DNA of 64,000 bases from Alistipes sp. (GCA_045644085.1 JAZRGH010000011.1:2730-66729), one strand, 5' to 3'. Numbered from the stretch's first letter, positions 1 to 10,500 are shown. Notes: a model not told the origin generated them from the letters alone. Translations and numbers: made by a program.

Positions 1-1131
1 AAACATATTATCCAGAAAGATGAGTTTCATGCTGAGTGGTGCTATGTAATGGAGGTAGAAGAGGCAGCCAAGGAGGCCGGAGCAATTATGGTTTCGGTAG
101 GTTCGGGTGTTATTAACGACCTCTGCAAACTTGCATCACACCATCTTAACCAGCAGTACCTCACTATCCCTACCGCAGCATCGGTTGACGGTTATTCATC
201 GTTTGGATCTTCAATCAGCTATGAGGGCTTAAAGCAGACTTTTGACTGCCCTGCGCCATTGGCGATTTTGGCAGACGTTGACGTAATTGCCAATGCTCCA
301 AAGGAGATGACTGCTGCCGGTTACGCAGACCTCGCAGCAAAGATTCCTTGCGGTGGTGAGTGGATGATTGCCGACATCATGGACGCCGAGCCTATCATTC
401 CTGAGGCATGGCACGTTTTGCAGGATGTACTTGATGACCAACTCTCTAATCCTGACGGAGTTGCAGCATGTGATAAAGATGCTATTGCAGCACTTTTTGA
501 GGGCTTGACACTCAGCGGTTTCGCAATGCAGGCAGCACGTTCCAGCCGTCCGGCTTCATGTGCAGACCACCTTTTCAGTCACTACCTCGACATGACAGGT
601 CATACATTCAATGGAAAGTTGCAGTCGCATGGATTCCAGGTTGCTATCGGAACTCTGACCATGTGCGCATTCTTTGATGCTCTCCTCGAAATGGACTTGC
701 GAAATATCGATGTAGAGAAGTGCGTAGAGGCTTGGCCTTCACTCGAAGAGGAGCAGCAGCGTGCACTTGATATCTTCAAGGATTTCGTATCGCCAAAGTT
801 GGGATACGACCAAATCACCATCAAGTACAACGACAAGGAGACTGTTCGCGAGCAGTTGAATACCATCAAGAAGCATTGGCCTTTATTGAAGGCTCAATAC
901 CGCAAGCAGGTCTATCCGTTTGAGAAGATGCAGGAGTGTTTCCGCAAGGTTGGAGCGCCGGCAGATCCTGCCGATATTGGCGTAACTCGTCAGCAGTTGA
1001 AGGATATGATGCCTTTCGTGCAGCTGATGCGTTGGCGTATGAACATGTTCGACTTGGCTCTTCGCGGAGGTTTCTACGAGGAGTTGGTAGAGAAGGTGTT
1101 CGGCAAGGGCGGAGTTTGGGAAATCGCCTAA
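1..1131 (+). CDS. sn-glycerol-1-phosphate dehydrogenase (EgsA/AraM family), 5'-truncated by the window edge
   Basis: Frame is open from base 1. Motifs GSGVINDLCK, PTAASVDGY, SSRPAS..DHLFSH and HGFQVAIGT are typical of the G1PDH/AraM family. Confidence 0.85.
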   Translation, partial: KHIIQKDEFHAEWCYVMEVEEAAKEAGAIMVSVGSGVINDLCKLASHHLNQQYLTIPTAASVDGYSSFGSSISYEGLKQTFDCPAPLAILADVDVIANAPKEMTAAGYADLAAKIPCGGEWMIADIMDAEPIIPEAWHVLQDVLDDQLSNPDGVAACDKDAIAALFEGLTLSGFAMQAARSSRPASCADHLFSHYLDMTGHTFNGKLQSHGFQVAIGTLTMCAFFDALLEMDLRNIDVEKCVEAWPSLEEEQQRALDIFKDFVSPKLGYDQITIKYNDKETVREQLNTIKKHWPLLKAQYRKQVYPFEKMQECFRKVGAPADPADIGVTRQQLKDMMPFVQLMRWRMNMFDLALRGGFYEELVEKVFGKGGVWEIA

Positions 1132-1162
1132 CTCCGCAAAAAAACACTTAACCCTAAACATT

Positions 1163-1984
1163 ATGAAGTTCTTAAAATTATTCGCAATCGCAATATTGGC
1201 ATTGGTATCAACCAATGCCTTTGCGCAGACAAATGAGATTATTCTCTTGGCTCATCGTGGCGGCTGTGGCGAGGGCATGGAGAACACTATCGGCACCTTC
1301 GAGAAGACTCTCGCTGCCGGTATCAAGGCTTTCGAAATTGATGTTCGCATCACCAAAGACGGCAAGATCGTTTTACAGCACGACGAAACCCTCAAACGTA
1401 CCGCAGGCATTGACAAGCGCGTAGAGGATCTTACCGAGAAGGAGTTGCGCGAGATTACCCTTAAAGATGGCTCGAAACTATGTTTCTTCGACGAATTTTT
1501 GAAGCTTATGAGTAAGCACCAAGGCATATTCGTGGAGGTTGAGTTAAAGTGCAGTAAGTACACCGACGAGTTCCTCTACGGCACCGGTTACCTTGATAAG
1601 ATTGCAAAGGCTATTATCAAGTCGCAGCCAAAGGGATCTAACTATGCCATGACATCATTTAATGCTCGTGCATTGCGCTATGTAAAGGAGCACTACCCTT
1701 CTATCGAGACCGGTTACATAACATCTAAGGGTGTTAATCGCGAGACCATCGCCATAGCAGAGGCTATCGGAGCAAAGCGTATCGCTGCGCACATAACTCG
1801 CACGACAATTGAAGATATGAAGCGTGCCCACAAAAAGGGAATCCTCGTAAACTTATGGCCGGGCAGAAGCGATGAGTCGATACTTCGTGCTTGGGCTTTG
1901 GGCGCAGATATCCACTGCACAGACATTCCTGCTCATATGCTTGAGCATACCAAGAAAAATCACCCTTGGTTAACTATCAAATAG
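1163..1984 (+). CDS. Glycerophosphodiester phosphodiesterase family protein, signal peptide
   Basis: AHRGG..ENT, EIDVRITKDG..HD and VELK GDPD motifs. Hydrophobic N-terminus ending AFA. Confidence 0.9.
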   Translation: MKFLKLFAIAILALVSTNAFAQTNEIILLAHRGGCGEGMENTIGTFEKTLAAGIKAFEIDVRITKDGKIVLQHDETLKRTAGIDKRVEDLTEKELREITLKDGSKLCFFDEFLKLMSKHQGIFVEVELKCSKYTDEFLYGTGYLDKIAKAIIKSQPKGSNYAMTSFNARALRYVKEHYPSIETGYITSKGVNRETIAIAEAIGAKRIAAHITRTTIEDMKRAHKKGILVNLWPGRSDESILRAWALGADIHCTDIPAHMLEHTKKNHPWLTIK

Positions 1985-2003
1985 TCTGCCCTTGGCAAAA
2001 ATT

Positions 2004-2034
2004 AAGGCTGTCGTTCTCTGCGACAGCCTTTTTT
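2004..2034 (+). terminator. Intrinsic terminator, probably bidirectional
   Basis: AAGGCTGTCG (2004-2013) / CGACAGCCTT (2021-2030) followed by a T run, between convergent genes. Confidence 0.8.
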
Positions 2035-2035
2035 A

Positions 2036-2827
2036 TTACAATCTTTGTAGCAATCGTTTAATTGCCGGAATTTTCAGAACGGGGAGAATTGCATGCGCCG
2101 GAAGTAACCAACATGCCGCAACTGCAACCTTCGTAAATAGTCCCGGAATCGCCTCTCTGCGACCGCGCTCTAATGCGCGGATACCGGCACGAGCCATCTT
2201 TTCAGGCGTCATCATAAAACCTATGGCTCTCAACCACTTGCGATGTTTCTCTTCAAGTGAATAGAGAGGTGTATCGACAGCACCCGGATAGACCGTTGTG
2301 ACGGTGATATTGTGTGGGCGGAACTCATACCACAATGACTGAGCAAAGCTCTTCAAATAAGCCTTTGTTGCAGCATAGTACGATACCGTAATATAAGGCG
2401 TCCAAGCGGTCATCGATGACATAATCAAGATACGACCACCACCTCGCTCGCGCATATCCTCACCAAAGAATCGGCACAACTTCGCAGGGGTTACACAATG
2501 GAGATTTGTGATAAAATCGGCCATCGAAGGCTTTGTATTCAAAAACATTCCGAACTGCAAAATTCCCGCGTTGCTGACGAGAGTATCAACCTCGTAACCG
2601 TGCTCCTTGCACCACTCGTAAATCTGCTCGGCAGCGTTAGCCTGTGAGAGATCCGAATAGAGTGCAACCGCCTCTACGCCAAAGCGTTGCTTCAACTCAT
2701 CAGCAACCTCCTCGTTGCGCTCCTTTTGGTTGCTCACAACGATAATATTTTCGCCTTTGGCAGCGAATTGCTCGGCATAGCAGAGCCCTATTCCCGATGA
2801 AGCACCTGTGATTAAAGTAAATTTCAT
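2036..2827 (-). CDS. SDR family NAD(P)-dependent oxidoreductase
   Basis: TGASSGIG, NAG and YAATK motifs. Start placed at MKFTLITG. Confidence 0.9.
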   Translation of the reverse strand: MKFTLITGASSGIGLCYAEQFAAKGENIIVVSNQKERNEEVADELKQRFGVEAVALYSDLSQANAAEQIYEWCKEHGYEVDTLVSNAGILQFGMFLNTKPSMADFITNLHCVTPAKLCRFFGEDMRERGGGRILIMSSMTAWTPYITVSYYAATKAYLKSFAQSLWYEFRPHNITVTTVYPGAVDTPLYSLEEKHRKWLRAIGFMMTPEKMARAGIRALERGRREAIPGLFTKVAVAACWLLPAHAILPVLKIPAIKRLLQRL

Positions 2828-2909
2828 AGCGCAAAAGTATCTATTTTTCGGCAAAAATTGACGCAATTCGCCAAATTTTTCATACTTTCGCAGTCAAAAT
2901 AGAGAAATT

Positions 2910-3275
2910 ATGGTAAGAGGTTTATCCGCAGTAGGACTTTTGATATGCTCAAACTTGTTTATGACCTTAGCTTGGTATGGTCAAGTGATGTTTAAGAGCA
3001 AATTCGAGCGCATCGGCTTGGTAGCTGTTATTTTCATCAGCTGGCTGGTTGCTTTTTTTGAGTATTGCTTTATGGTGCCTGCCAATCGTCTTGGTAGCTT
3101 GGAATATGGCGGTCCATTCTCTATTTGGGAGCTAAAAGTCATTCAGGAGGTGGTATCACTCACCGTCTTTGCGATTGTCGTTCAGCTTATTATGAAGAAC
3201 GAAGCCCTACGTTGGAATCATTTCGCCGGCTTCGTATGCCTTGTCTTGGCGGTGTTCTTTATATTCAAGAAGTAG
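2910..3275 (+). CDS. Small DMT-superfamily membrane protein (DUF486-like)
   Basis: SNLFMTLAWYG, FFEYCFMVPANR and LKVIQEV motifs. Four hydrophobic segments. Confidence 0.8.
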   Translation: MVRGLSAVGLLICSNLFMTLAWYGQVMFKSKFERIGLVAVIFISWLVAFFEYCFMVPANRLGSLEYGGPFSIWELKVIQEVVSLTVFAIVVQLIMKNEALRWNHFAGFVCLVLAVFFIFKK

Positions 3276-3341
3276 AGGCAACTATTTCTTAATGCTTTTA
3301 GCCATTCACCATTGGCAATTAGCTTATTTAAGGGTATAATA

Positions 3342-3374
3342 GGGATAATAAGGTTACTTATTATCTCTTTTTTT
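3342..3374 (+). terminator. Probable terminator built from degenerate 9-10-nt units
   Basis: GGGATAATAAG (3342-3352) / CTTATTATCTC (3357-3367) followed by a T run. Confidence 0.6.
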
Positions 3375-3390
3375 CGGCAAACCGCAATTA

Positions 3391-3427
3391 TTCTCAATTT
3401 TTAATTCTTAATTTTTGATTTTTAATT
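3391..3427 (+). repeat. Degenerate 7-bp tandem array (TTCTCAA/TTTTTAA type)
   Basis: ttctcaa|tttttaa|ttcttaa|tttttga|tttttaa. Confidence 0.75.
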
Positions 3428-3448
3428 GAAAAGTCGGCAACTTTTCAC

Positions 3449-3456
3449 TATCTTTG
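3449..3456 (+). promoter_or_regulatory. Bacteroidota -7 promoter box for argS-obgE
   Basis: TATCTTTG matches the TAnnTTTG consensus, about 35 nt before the ATG. Confidence 0.7.
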
Positions 3457-3492
3457 CGCCCAATAATAAATAATAGAAAAAAAATCGACAAA

Positions 3493-5274
3493 ATGAATAT
3501 CGAACAACACATTTCAAGCGTAGTAAAGGCGGCTGTGGAGGCTCTCTATGGCGAGGTTGCCGATTCGCAGATCCAGATTCAGAAGACTCGTAAGGAGTTC
3601 GAGGGCGACTACACCCTCGTAACCTTCCCACTCGTAAAGATGGCTCGCAAAGCACCTGAGGCAGTGGCTACCGAGATTGGCGAGAAGGTGGTTGCATCGG
3701 CTGCGGAGTTTAGCTCGTTCAATGTAATCAAGGGTTTCTTGAATCTCTCGCTTGACCCTTCGTTCTGGGTAGAGCGCTTTGGTGAAATCGCAGCCAACGA
3801 CAACTATGGCGTAGCCGAGCCGACAGGTCGCACCATAATGATTGAGTACTCGTCGCCTAACACCAACAAGCCACTCCACCTCGGTCACATCCGCAACAAC
3901 CTCTTGGGTTATTCGGTGGCGCAGATTTTGGCAGCAAATGGTCACAATGTCATCAAGGCAAACCTTGTAAATGACCGCGGTATTCATATCTGCAAGTCGA
4001 TGGTTGCATGGTTGCGCTATGGCAATGGTGCTACACCAGAGTCTACCGGCAAGAAGGGCGACCACCTCGTAGGCGACTACTATGTAGAGTTCGACAAGCA
4101 CTACAAAGCAGAAATCAAGGAACTCGTTGCAGGTGGAATGAGCGAGGAGGATGCAAAGAAGCAGGCTCCAATCCTTCTCGAAGCGCAGGAGATGCTCCGC
4201 AAGTGGGAGGCAAAGGACGAAGAGGTTCGCGCACTATGGGAGAAGATGAATGGTTGGGTTTATGACGGTTTCGACGTAACATACAAGACTCTCGGTGTTG
4301 ATTTCGACAAGGTTTACTACGAGTCGCAGACCTATATCCTCGGCAAGGGACTCGTTGAAGATGGCTTGGCAAGAGGTATCTTCTTCCGCAAGGAGGATGG
4401 CTCGGTTTGGATCGACCTCGAAGCTGACGGACTCGATCAGAAGTTGTTGCTCCGTGGTGACGGAACATCGGTATATATGACTCAGGACCTCGGAACTGCG
4501 TTGCAGCGTTTCGAGCAGAATGCTTTGAATGGTATTATCTATGTTGTAGGTAACGAGCAGAACTACCACTTCCAAGTTTTAAAGTTGATACTCAAAAAGT
4601 TGGGTTATGAGTGGAGTGATGATATTTTCCACCTCTCGTACGGTATGGTGGAGTTGCCTGAGGGTAAGATGAAGTCGCGCGAGGGCACTGTTGTCGATGC
4701 TGACGACTTGTGCGAGGCTATGATTAACACCGCACGCGAGATGTCGCAGGAGTTGGGCAAGCTCGACGGTTGCAGCGAAGAGGAGGCTTTGGCTATCTCG
4801 TCGATGGTAGGTTTGGGTGCTTTGAAGTACTTTATTCTCAAAGTTGACCCAAAGAAGACCATGTTGTTCGATCCACGCGAGTCTATCGACTTCAACGGAA
4901 ATACAGGACCATTTATCCAATACACTCACGCTCGTATCTGCTCGGTACTCCGTAAGGCGGCAGAGCAGAACATTGCATTCGAGGGCGAGAATATCGCTTG
5001 CGAATTGTTGCCGGAGGAGATTGTTTTGATCAAGATGTTGTGCGACTACCCTACCGTTGTTGCAGATGCAGGCGAGGCATTCGCGCCATCGATGATTGCA
5101 GCATACACCTACGAGTTGTGTAAGACCTTCAACGGCTACTATCACGACCACTCAATCCTCCGCGAGGAGAACGAGGCTGTAAAGAAAATGCGTCTTGCAT
5201 TGGCACAGCAAGTGGCGCGAGTTATCAACCGTTCAATGCGTTTGTTAGGCATTGATGTACCAGAAAGAATGTAA
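3493..5274 (+). CDS. argS: Arginine--tRNA ligase
   Basis: EYSSPNTNKPLHLGHIRN (HIGH-like), KMKSREG and GNTGPFIQYTHAR motifs. Confidence 0.97.
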   Translation: MNIEQHISSVVKAAVEALYGEVADSQIQIQKTRKEFEGDYTLVTFPLVKMARKAPEAVATEIGEKVVASAAEFSSFNVIKGFLNLSLDPSFWVERFGEIAANDNYGVAEPTGRTIMIEYSSPNTNKPLHLGHIRNNLLGYSVAQILAANGHNVIKANLVNDRGIHICKSMVAWLRYGNGATPESTGKKGDHLVGDYYVEFDKHYKAEIKELVAGGMSEEDAKKQAPILLEAQEMLRKWEAKDEEVRALWEKMNGWVYDGFDVTYKTLGVDFDKVYYESQTYILGKGLVEDGLARGIFFRKEDGSVWIDLEADGLDQKLLLRGDGTSVYMTQDLGTALQRFEQNALNGIIYVVGNEQNYHFQVLKLILKKLGYEWSDDIFHLSYGMVELPEGKMKSREGTVVDADDLCEAMINTAREMSQELGKLDGCSEEEALAISSMVGLGALKYFILKVDPKKTMLFDPRESIDFNGNTGPFIQYTHARICSVLRKAAEQNIAFEGENIACELLPEEIVLIKMLCDYPTVVADAGEAFAPSMIAAYTYELCKTFNGYYHDHSILREENEAVKKMRLALAQQVARVINRSMRLLGIDVPERM

Positions 5275-5280
5275 GAGATT

Positions 5281-6297
5281 ATGGCAGGATCAAATTTCGT
5301 AGATTATGTAAAGATATTTGCTCGTTCAGGCCACGGAGGAGCAGGTTCAGCACACTTCCGTCGCGAGAAGTTTGTAGCTTTCGGTGGTCCCGATGGCGGT
5401 GATGGCGGCAAAGGTGGCTCAATCATCTTGCAAGGAGATCGTCAATATTGGACACTTATCCACTTGAAATACCAGCGTCACCAGTTTGCCGAGGACGGCG
5501 AATGTGGTTCGGGTGCTCGTTCACATGGTAAAGATGCGAAGGATATTATCATTCCAGTACCTCTCGGCACGGTAGCCAAGCAGATTTTTACAGATGAGGA
5601 AACAGGCGAGACCTACACCGAAGTCGTAGGCGAGGTAACAGAGCACGGCGAGCAGCTTGTACTCCTCAAAGGTGGCCGTGGTGGTTTGGGCAACTGGCAC
5701 TTCCGCACCGCTACAAATCAGGCTCCACGCTACTCACAGCCGGGCGAGGAGGGCTCTGAAGGTGCATTTATCCTCGAATTGAAGGTATTGGCAGATGTCG
5801 GTTTGGTAGGTTTTCCGAATGCGGGTAAGAGTACTCTACTTTCAGTTGTTTCAGCTGCAAAGCCAAAGATTGCTAACTACGCATTTACAACCTTGGAACC
5901 AAACCTCGGTATCGTAGAGGTTCGCGACGGCCACTCATTTGTTATGGCTGATATTCCGGGTATTATCGAGGGTGCGCACGAAGGCAAGGGCTTGGGAACT
6001 CGCTTCTTGCGTCATATCGAGCGAAATTCGATTCTACTCTTTATGGTTCCTGCCGACAGCGATGATATCCAGAAGGATTACGAAATTCTTCTCGGCGAGC
6101 TTACACAATACAACCCCGAGCTTCTCGACAAGAGCCGCATTTTGGCTATCACAAAGTGTGATATGCTTGATGACGAGTTAATTGAGGAGATGAAGGCACA
6201 CTTGCCGGAGGGCATTAAGTCAGTATTTATCTCGTCGGTTGCAGGTTTGAATATTCAGAAATTGAAGGATATGTTGTGGACCGCTCTGCACGAATAA
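5281..6297 (+). CDS. obgE: GTPase ObgE/CgtA
   Basis: [31 protein letters not shown] and TKCD motifs. Confidence 0.97.
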   Translation: MAGSNFVDYVKIFARSGHGGAGSAHFRREKFVAFGGPDGGDGGKGGSIILQGDRQYWTLIHLKYQRHQFAEDGECGSGARSHGKDAKDIIIPVPLGTVAKQIFTDEETGETYTEVVGEVTEHGEQLVLLKGGRGGLGNWHFRTATNQAPRYSQPGEEGSEGAFILELKVLADVGLVGFPNAGKSTLLSVVSAAKPKIANYAFTTLEPNLGIVEVRDGHSFVMADIPGIIEGAHEGKGLGTRFLRHIERNSILLFMVPADSDDIQKDYEILLGELTQYNPELLDKSRILAITKCDMLDDELIEEMKAHLPEGIKSVFISSVAGLNIQKLKDMLWTALHE

Positions 6298-8750
6298 TGC
6301 GAGGCTTACGCTACATATTTGTACTACTCTTGTTACTATGTTATAGAGGTCTCTCCGCGCAGGAGTTTGACCTCTATGATTTTAGATATTACAAGCGTTT
6401 CGACACTGTCGAGGAGTTGCTCGTACCCGTAACCGACACAACTGCGGTAGCAAAGTTCATTCTTAATCGCAGTTTTTCCACTCGCGCACTCGACTACAAC
6501 TTTTCGGCAGTACGTTTTGCAAGACGAGGCATTCCATCTTATAAGCGTAAAATATATCTAAACAACCTCGAAGTCCCATTCATACCATTTTCGACTATTC
6601 GCGCATTACAACTTACCGAGGAGCACACTGCTGATGAGACAAGATTAAAAATAGACTCTTTGAAGGAGAGTCGCAGTTCGACAGGTTTTGCATTTTCGTC
6701 GCGCAACATGCCCTTCTCAGTTTCGTTTGCTACGGCTCAAAAGTTCGGCAAAGATTGGTCTTTGGCAGCAAATCTTATGGCTCGTACCGGCAACGATTTA
6801 CATATCGAAGGATTGTTTGGCAACTCGCTGGAATTCAATGTGGCGACATCTAAGTATTGGAGCGACAGGCACACCCTTTCCATGGCAATTTTTGCTAAAC
6901 CTTCGATGCGTAGTACACGTCTTGCATCTACCAATGAGGCATTTCGTCTGACCGGGAACAATCTTTACAACCCTTCTTGGGGCTATCAGAACGGCAAGGT
7001 ACGAAATTCACGCATTCGCAGAGAGTTTCTGCCAACGGCTTTCATCGGCTATGAGGGCAAGATAAGCGAGCGCACAAAGATCAATTTTGCAGCCACACTA
7101 ACAGCAGGCGTAGAGAAATATAGTTCACTCGATTGGTTTGACGCACAAACGCCGGCGCCAGATAATTATCGTTACATGCCGAGCTATTTCAACGACGAAG
7201 AGGACATCTTTCTCGCTGTCGAGAGTGCATGGATAAACAACAACACTCGCTATACACAAATCAATTTCGACCATCTTATAGCAACAAACCGGTTAAACAA
7301 CGGCCAAGCGGTGTATGCCGTTTCGGATCGCGTTTGTCGTTCAGTTCTTACGACCTTTCGTGGTGGAGCAGCCACTGCATTAGAGAAAGGCTCCATCTCA
7401 TACGGCATAGAGGTATCAACTGCTAACTACCGCAATTACAAGCAGATGAGAGATCTGCTCGGAGCAGAATATATTATTGATTTAGACTATTTTTTACTCG
7501 ATGACGACACCTTTGGTAATTCCCTACAAAACAACCTTGCAACCCCAAACCGACACATTAAAGAGGGTGATCGTTTCGGTTATGACTACGCTATTCGCAG
7601 ATATGATGCATCGGCATTTGCGAACTATCACTACTCCACCCATCGCTTCGACCTGGATATAGCAGCAGAAGTTGGATATAGCAATATTTCAAGACGAGGT
7701 TTCTATCGAAAAGAGTTATTTGCCGACAGTTCGTTAGGAACTTCGCAACATCTAAAATTTTCGCCATATCTGCTACGCCTTAAAGCCGGCTATCTAATTG
7801 ATGACAATCATTTTATAAATATCGTCCTCGCCACCGAAGCTACACCTTGTAATGAGGGAGATCTGTTTTTGCAGAGTCAATATAACAATCGTACCATTGC
7901 AAACCCTGCGATGTGTTCAACCTACAATGGAGAGATTCGCTACACCTATCAAAAGCCAAATTTCGCAGTGAGCGCCACCATGTTTCTCTCATCAGAGCTA
8001 AACAATACGCAGGTGCGTCATCTTTACGACGATTTAGAGGGCGAATATGTCGATATCGTAACGAATCGCATAAACACCATTTGTTATGGTTTAGAAATTG
8101 AAACGGAGTATCGTTTTGCGGACCATTTCCGCACAACAGCGGCAATAACTATTGGCAGATACAAATATGCCGGCAATTCGCTTGTAACAATTTACACCGA
8201 CACATCAAATACAGTGCTTGCCGACCATATCGAGAGTTACACCAAAGGACTTTCACTCGGAAATGCTCCACAAGTTGCCATTACCGCAGGAGTGTCGTAT
8301 TACAATAAAGGCTGGCGGGTAGCGATAAATGCCAACTATGCCGGCCTGCGATATATAGAGCCATCAGCCGCAATGCGTACAAATCGAGTTTTAGCCATGG
8401 CTACTTCTCCGGAGCAACACTCTTCACTCTACAATCAAGAGCGCCTGCAAGATGCTTTCACAATAGACTTCTCGTTATCCAAAAGCATATATATTAGTCG
8501 TTTAAACAAGCGTATTTACCGCACCGTAGCCACACCTCGCTTCGAAGACAAGCACCCTAAAAGTCGACTTATATTCCGAGTAGGTGTACGTAACCTGCTC
8601 GGTTCAAGCAATATTATATATAGCGGATACGAATCATCTCGTCTTCAACGACATAAGCTCGCAGGAGAATACATCTACAACCGCCAGCCTTCACGCTATA
8701 TGTTCGCCTATCCGCGCACATTCTACGCCTCGGCAACTTTCGCATTCTAA
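6297..8750 (+). CDS. TonB-dependent-receptor-like outer-membrane beta-barrel protein
   Basis: Signal peptide, YNPSWGYQNGKVRNSR motif, amphipathic beta strands, C-terminal Phe. ATG overlaps the obgE stop codon. Confidence 0.7.
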   Translation: MRGLRYIFVLLLLLCYRGLSAQEFDLYDFRYYKRFDTVEELLVPVTDTTAVAKFILNRSFSTRALDYNFSAVRFARRGIPSYKRKIYLNNLEVPFIPFSTIRALQLTEEHTADETRLKIDSLKESRSSTGFAFSSRNMPFSVSFATAQKFGKDWSLAANLMARTGNDLHIEGLFGNSLEFNVATSKYWSDRHTLSMAIFAKPSMRSTRLASTNEAFRLTGNNLYNPSWGYQNGKVRNSRIRREFLPTAFIGYEGKISERTKINFAATLTAGVEKYSSLDWFDAQTPAPDNYRYMPSYFNDEEDIFLAVESAWINNNTRYTQINFDHLIATNRLNNGQAVYAVSDRVCRSVLTTFRGGAATALEKGSISYGIEVSTANYRNYKQMRDLLGAEYIIDLDYFLLDDDTFGNSLQNNLATPNRHIKEGDRFGYDYAIRRYDASAFANYHYSTHRFDLDIAAEVGYSNISRRGFYRKELFADSSLGTSQHLKFSPYLLRLKAGYLIDDNHFINIVLATEATPCNEGDLFLQSQYNNRTIANPAMCSTYNGEIRYTYQKPNFAVSATMFLSSELNNTQVRHLYDDLEGEYVDIVTNRINTICYGLEIETEYRFADHFRTTAAITIGRYKYAGNSLVTIYTDTSNTVLADHIESYTKGLSLGNAPQVAITAGVSYYNKGWRVAINANYAGLRYIEPSAAMRTNRVLAMATSPEQHSSLYNQERLQDAFTIDFSLSKSIYISRLNKRIYRTVATPRFEDKHPKSRLIFRVGVRNLLGSSNIIYSGYESSRLQRHKLAGEYIYNRQPSRYMFAYPRTFYASATFAF

Positions 8751-8759
8751 TCACAAAGA

Positions 8760-8790
8760 AAAAGACAAGCGGTATTGCTTGTCTTTTCTT
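8760..8790. terminator. Bidirectional terminator
   Basis: AAAAGACAAGC / GCTTGTCTTTT between convergent genes. Confidence 0.8.
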
Positions 8791-9786
8791 CTATTTTAAT
8801 CCTACATATACAGGTTTTTCCACCATAATTTTTTCGACCTTACCCGTAGGCAAGCCATTTTCGAGAGGATAAAGCTCTATAACATTATCATCACGGCATG
8901 CCACCACCAGTGCTTTTCCGTCTGCCGAGACTGCAAAATGGCGAGGATGACCACCTGTTGGCAAATAGCATAATTTCTTCAAACTGCCATCTGCGAAGCA
9001 CTCAAATATTGCAACGCCATCAGATATAGAACAATTTTTTGCTACGCTACTCACTCGCAACGAGGCATATAGATAGCGACCATTAGGGCTCAATGCAATA
9101 TGCGCTCCACCTCCCGGATTCTCCGTATGAAGCGGATATCTCCCTAACAAAGCAAAATCCGAAGTACGATAGGTCAAAACTTCATCGCTCAGTTCTGTTA
9201 CAACATAAAGATAGTTGCCATCTGCGCTAAATGTACTAAAACGAGGTCCGCTACCCGCAGGAGTGGCCACTGTTGAGTATTGCTCTGCAATACGGCCTTT
9301 ATCGACAGGAAAACGATATATTTTATCGCTTCCGAGGTCAATCACCACCAACATCTTGCCATCGGGCGATAGTGCCGAAGAGTGGATATGCGAACTTTTT
9401 TGACGTGTCGGGTGAGGTCCCGAACCGTTAAAATGTATCAAGCGAGTATTACCCTTAACATCACCATTTTTATCGAGCGAGAACAACGACAATGTTCCGC
9501 TTGAATAGTCCGATACCACCGCCTCTCGCTGCAACAAGGTTATATGACAGGACTCGTCACCGTCGGTTTTACTCTCCTTCATCGGTACCTGCAGCGACGC
9601 CAACTCGACAACGCCTTCTCTGCCCTTCAACACTTCCGCATCGAAAACACAAAGCGATGAAGCAGGCGAAAGGCTACGGAGAGCATAGACTTTATCGTTA
9701 TCCTCCGCGAGATAGGTATGCCCCCAATAAGTCGTATTCGAGCCTACCAGAATGGTTAAAGCCAGAAGTTTCAACATCGAAATCAT
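8791..9786 (-). CDS. Lactonase family (6-phosphogluconolactonase-like) beta-propeller protein
   Basis: GSGPHPTRQKSSHIH, DLGSDKI, GSGPR and GGHPRHF motifs. Confidence 0.85.
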   Translation of the reverse strand: MISMLKLLALTILVGSNTTYWGHTYLAEDNDKVYALRSLSPASSLCVFDAEVLKGREGVVELASLQVPMKESKTDGDESCHITLLQREAVVSDYSSGTLSLFSLDKNGDVKGNTRLIHFNGSGPHPTRQKSSHIHSSALSPDGKMLVVIDLGSDKIYRFPVDKGRIAEQYSTVATPAGSGPRFSTFSADGNYLYVVTELSDEVLTYRTSDFALLGRYPLHTENPGGGAHIALSPNGRYLYASLRVSSVAKNCSISDGVAIFECFADGSLKKLCYLPTGGHPRHFAVSADGKALVVACRDDNVIELYPLENGLPTGKVEKIMVEKPVYVGLK

Positions 9787-9808
9787 AGATTATAATATAT
9801 AAGGTTCA

Positions 9809-10468
9809 TCACTCCTCATAACGAAAGCCGACGCCTTTGTAGGTCGAAATATGATTATCACCTATCTTGGTACGAAGATGGCGGATATGTACATCGAGAG
9901 TGCGAGAGCCGACAACAACGCCTGTTCCCCATACGGTATCAAAAATCTCCTCACGAGTAAATACTCTTGGCTCCGAAAAGAGAAGTCGCAGGATCTCGAA
10001 CTCCTTGACTGCAAGACGTACCTTTTCTCCATTGTCAGCAACAAAAGCGTGGTGCTCTTCAACAAGACGAGCAGATTTAGGGAAGACCTCTCGCTCACCA
10101 CTCTTTATTCTCTTACATATAGCTCCTACGCGCGAGCACAACACCTTCATACTTACAGGCTTGGTGATATAGTCGTCTGCTCCTGCTTCATAGCTCTCGA
10201 CAAGACTTTCCTCTTCGCAAACAGCAGACAGAAAGACTATCATCATCTTAGAAGTTTCCGGATTAGCACGCAATTCCCTACACGCCTCACGTCCGTCCAT
10301 CTCAGGCATCATCATATCCATCAGAATAAGATGTGGACGAAACTCGACGGCTCGTTCCAGCGCTTCACGTCCATTTGTGGCACAAACAACCTCATACCCC
10401 TCTTTTACAAGGTTGTACTTCACAAATTCTCGGATATCCAGCTCATCATCAACTACAAGTATTCGCAT
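9809..10468 (-). CDS. OmpR/PhoB-family response regulator
   Basis: ILVVDDE, MDMMMP and GADDYITKP receiver motifs. Winged-helix RTLDVHIRHLRTK...GVGFR. Confidence 0.92.
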   Translation of the reverse strand: MRILVVDDELDIREFVKYNLVKEGYEVVCATNGREALERAVEFRPHLILMDMMMPEMDGREACRELRANPETSKMMIVFLSAVCEEESLVESYEAGADDYITKPVSMKVLCSRVGAICKRIKSGEREVFPKSARLVEEHHAFVADNGEKVRLAVKEFEILRLLFSEPRVFTREEIFDTVWGTGVVVGSRTLDVHIRHLRTKIGDNHISTYKGVGFRYEE

Positions 10469-10500
10469 AGAGTTTGAGTATTTAGGAGAATTTTAAAATT

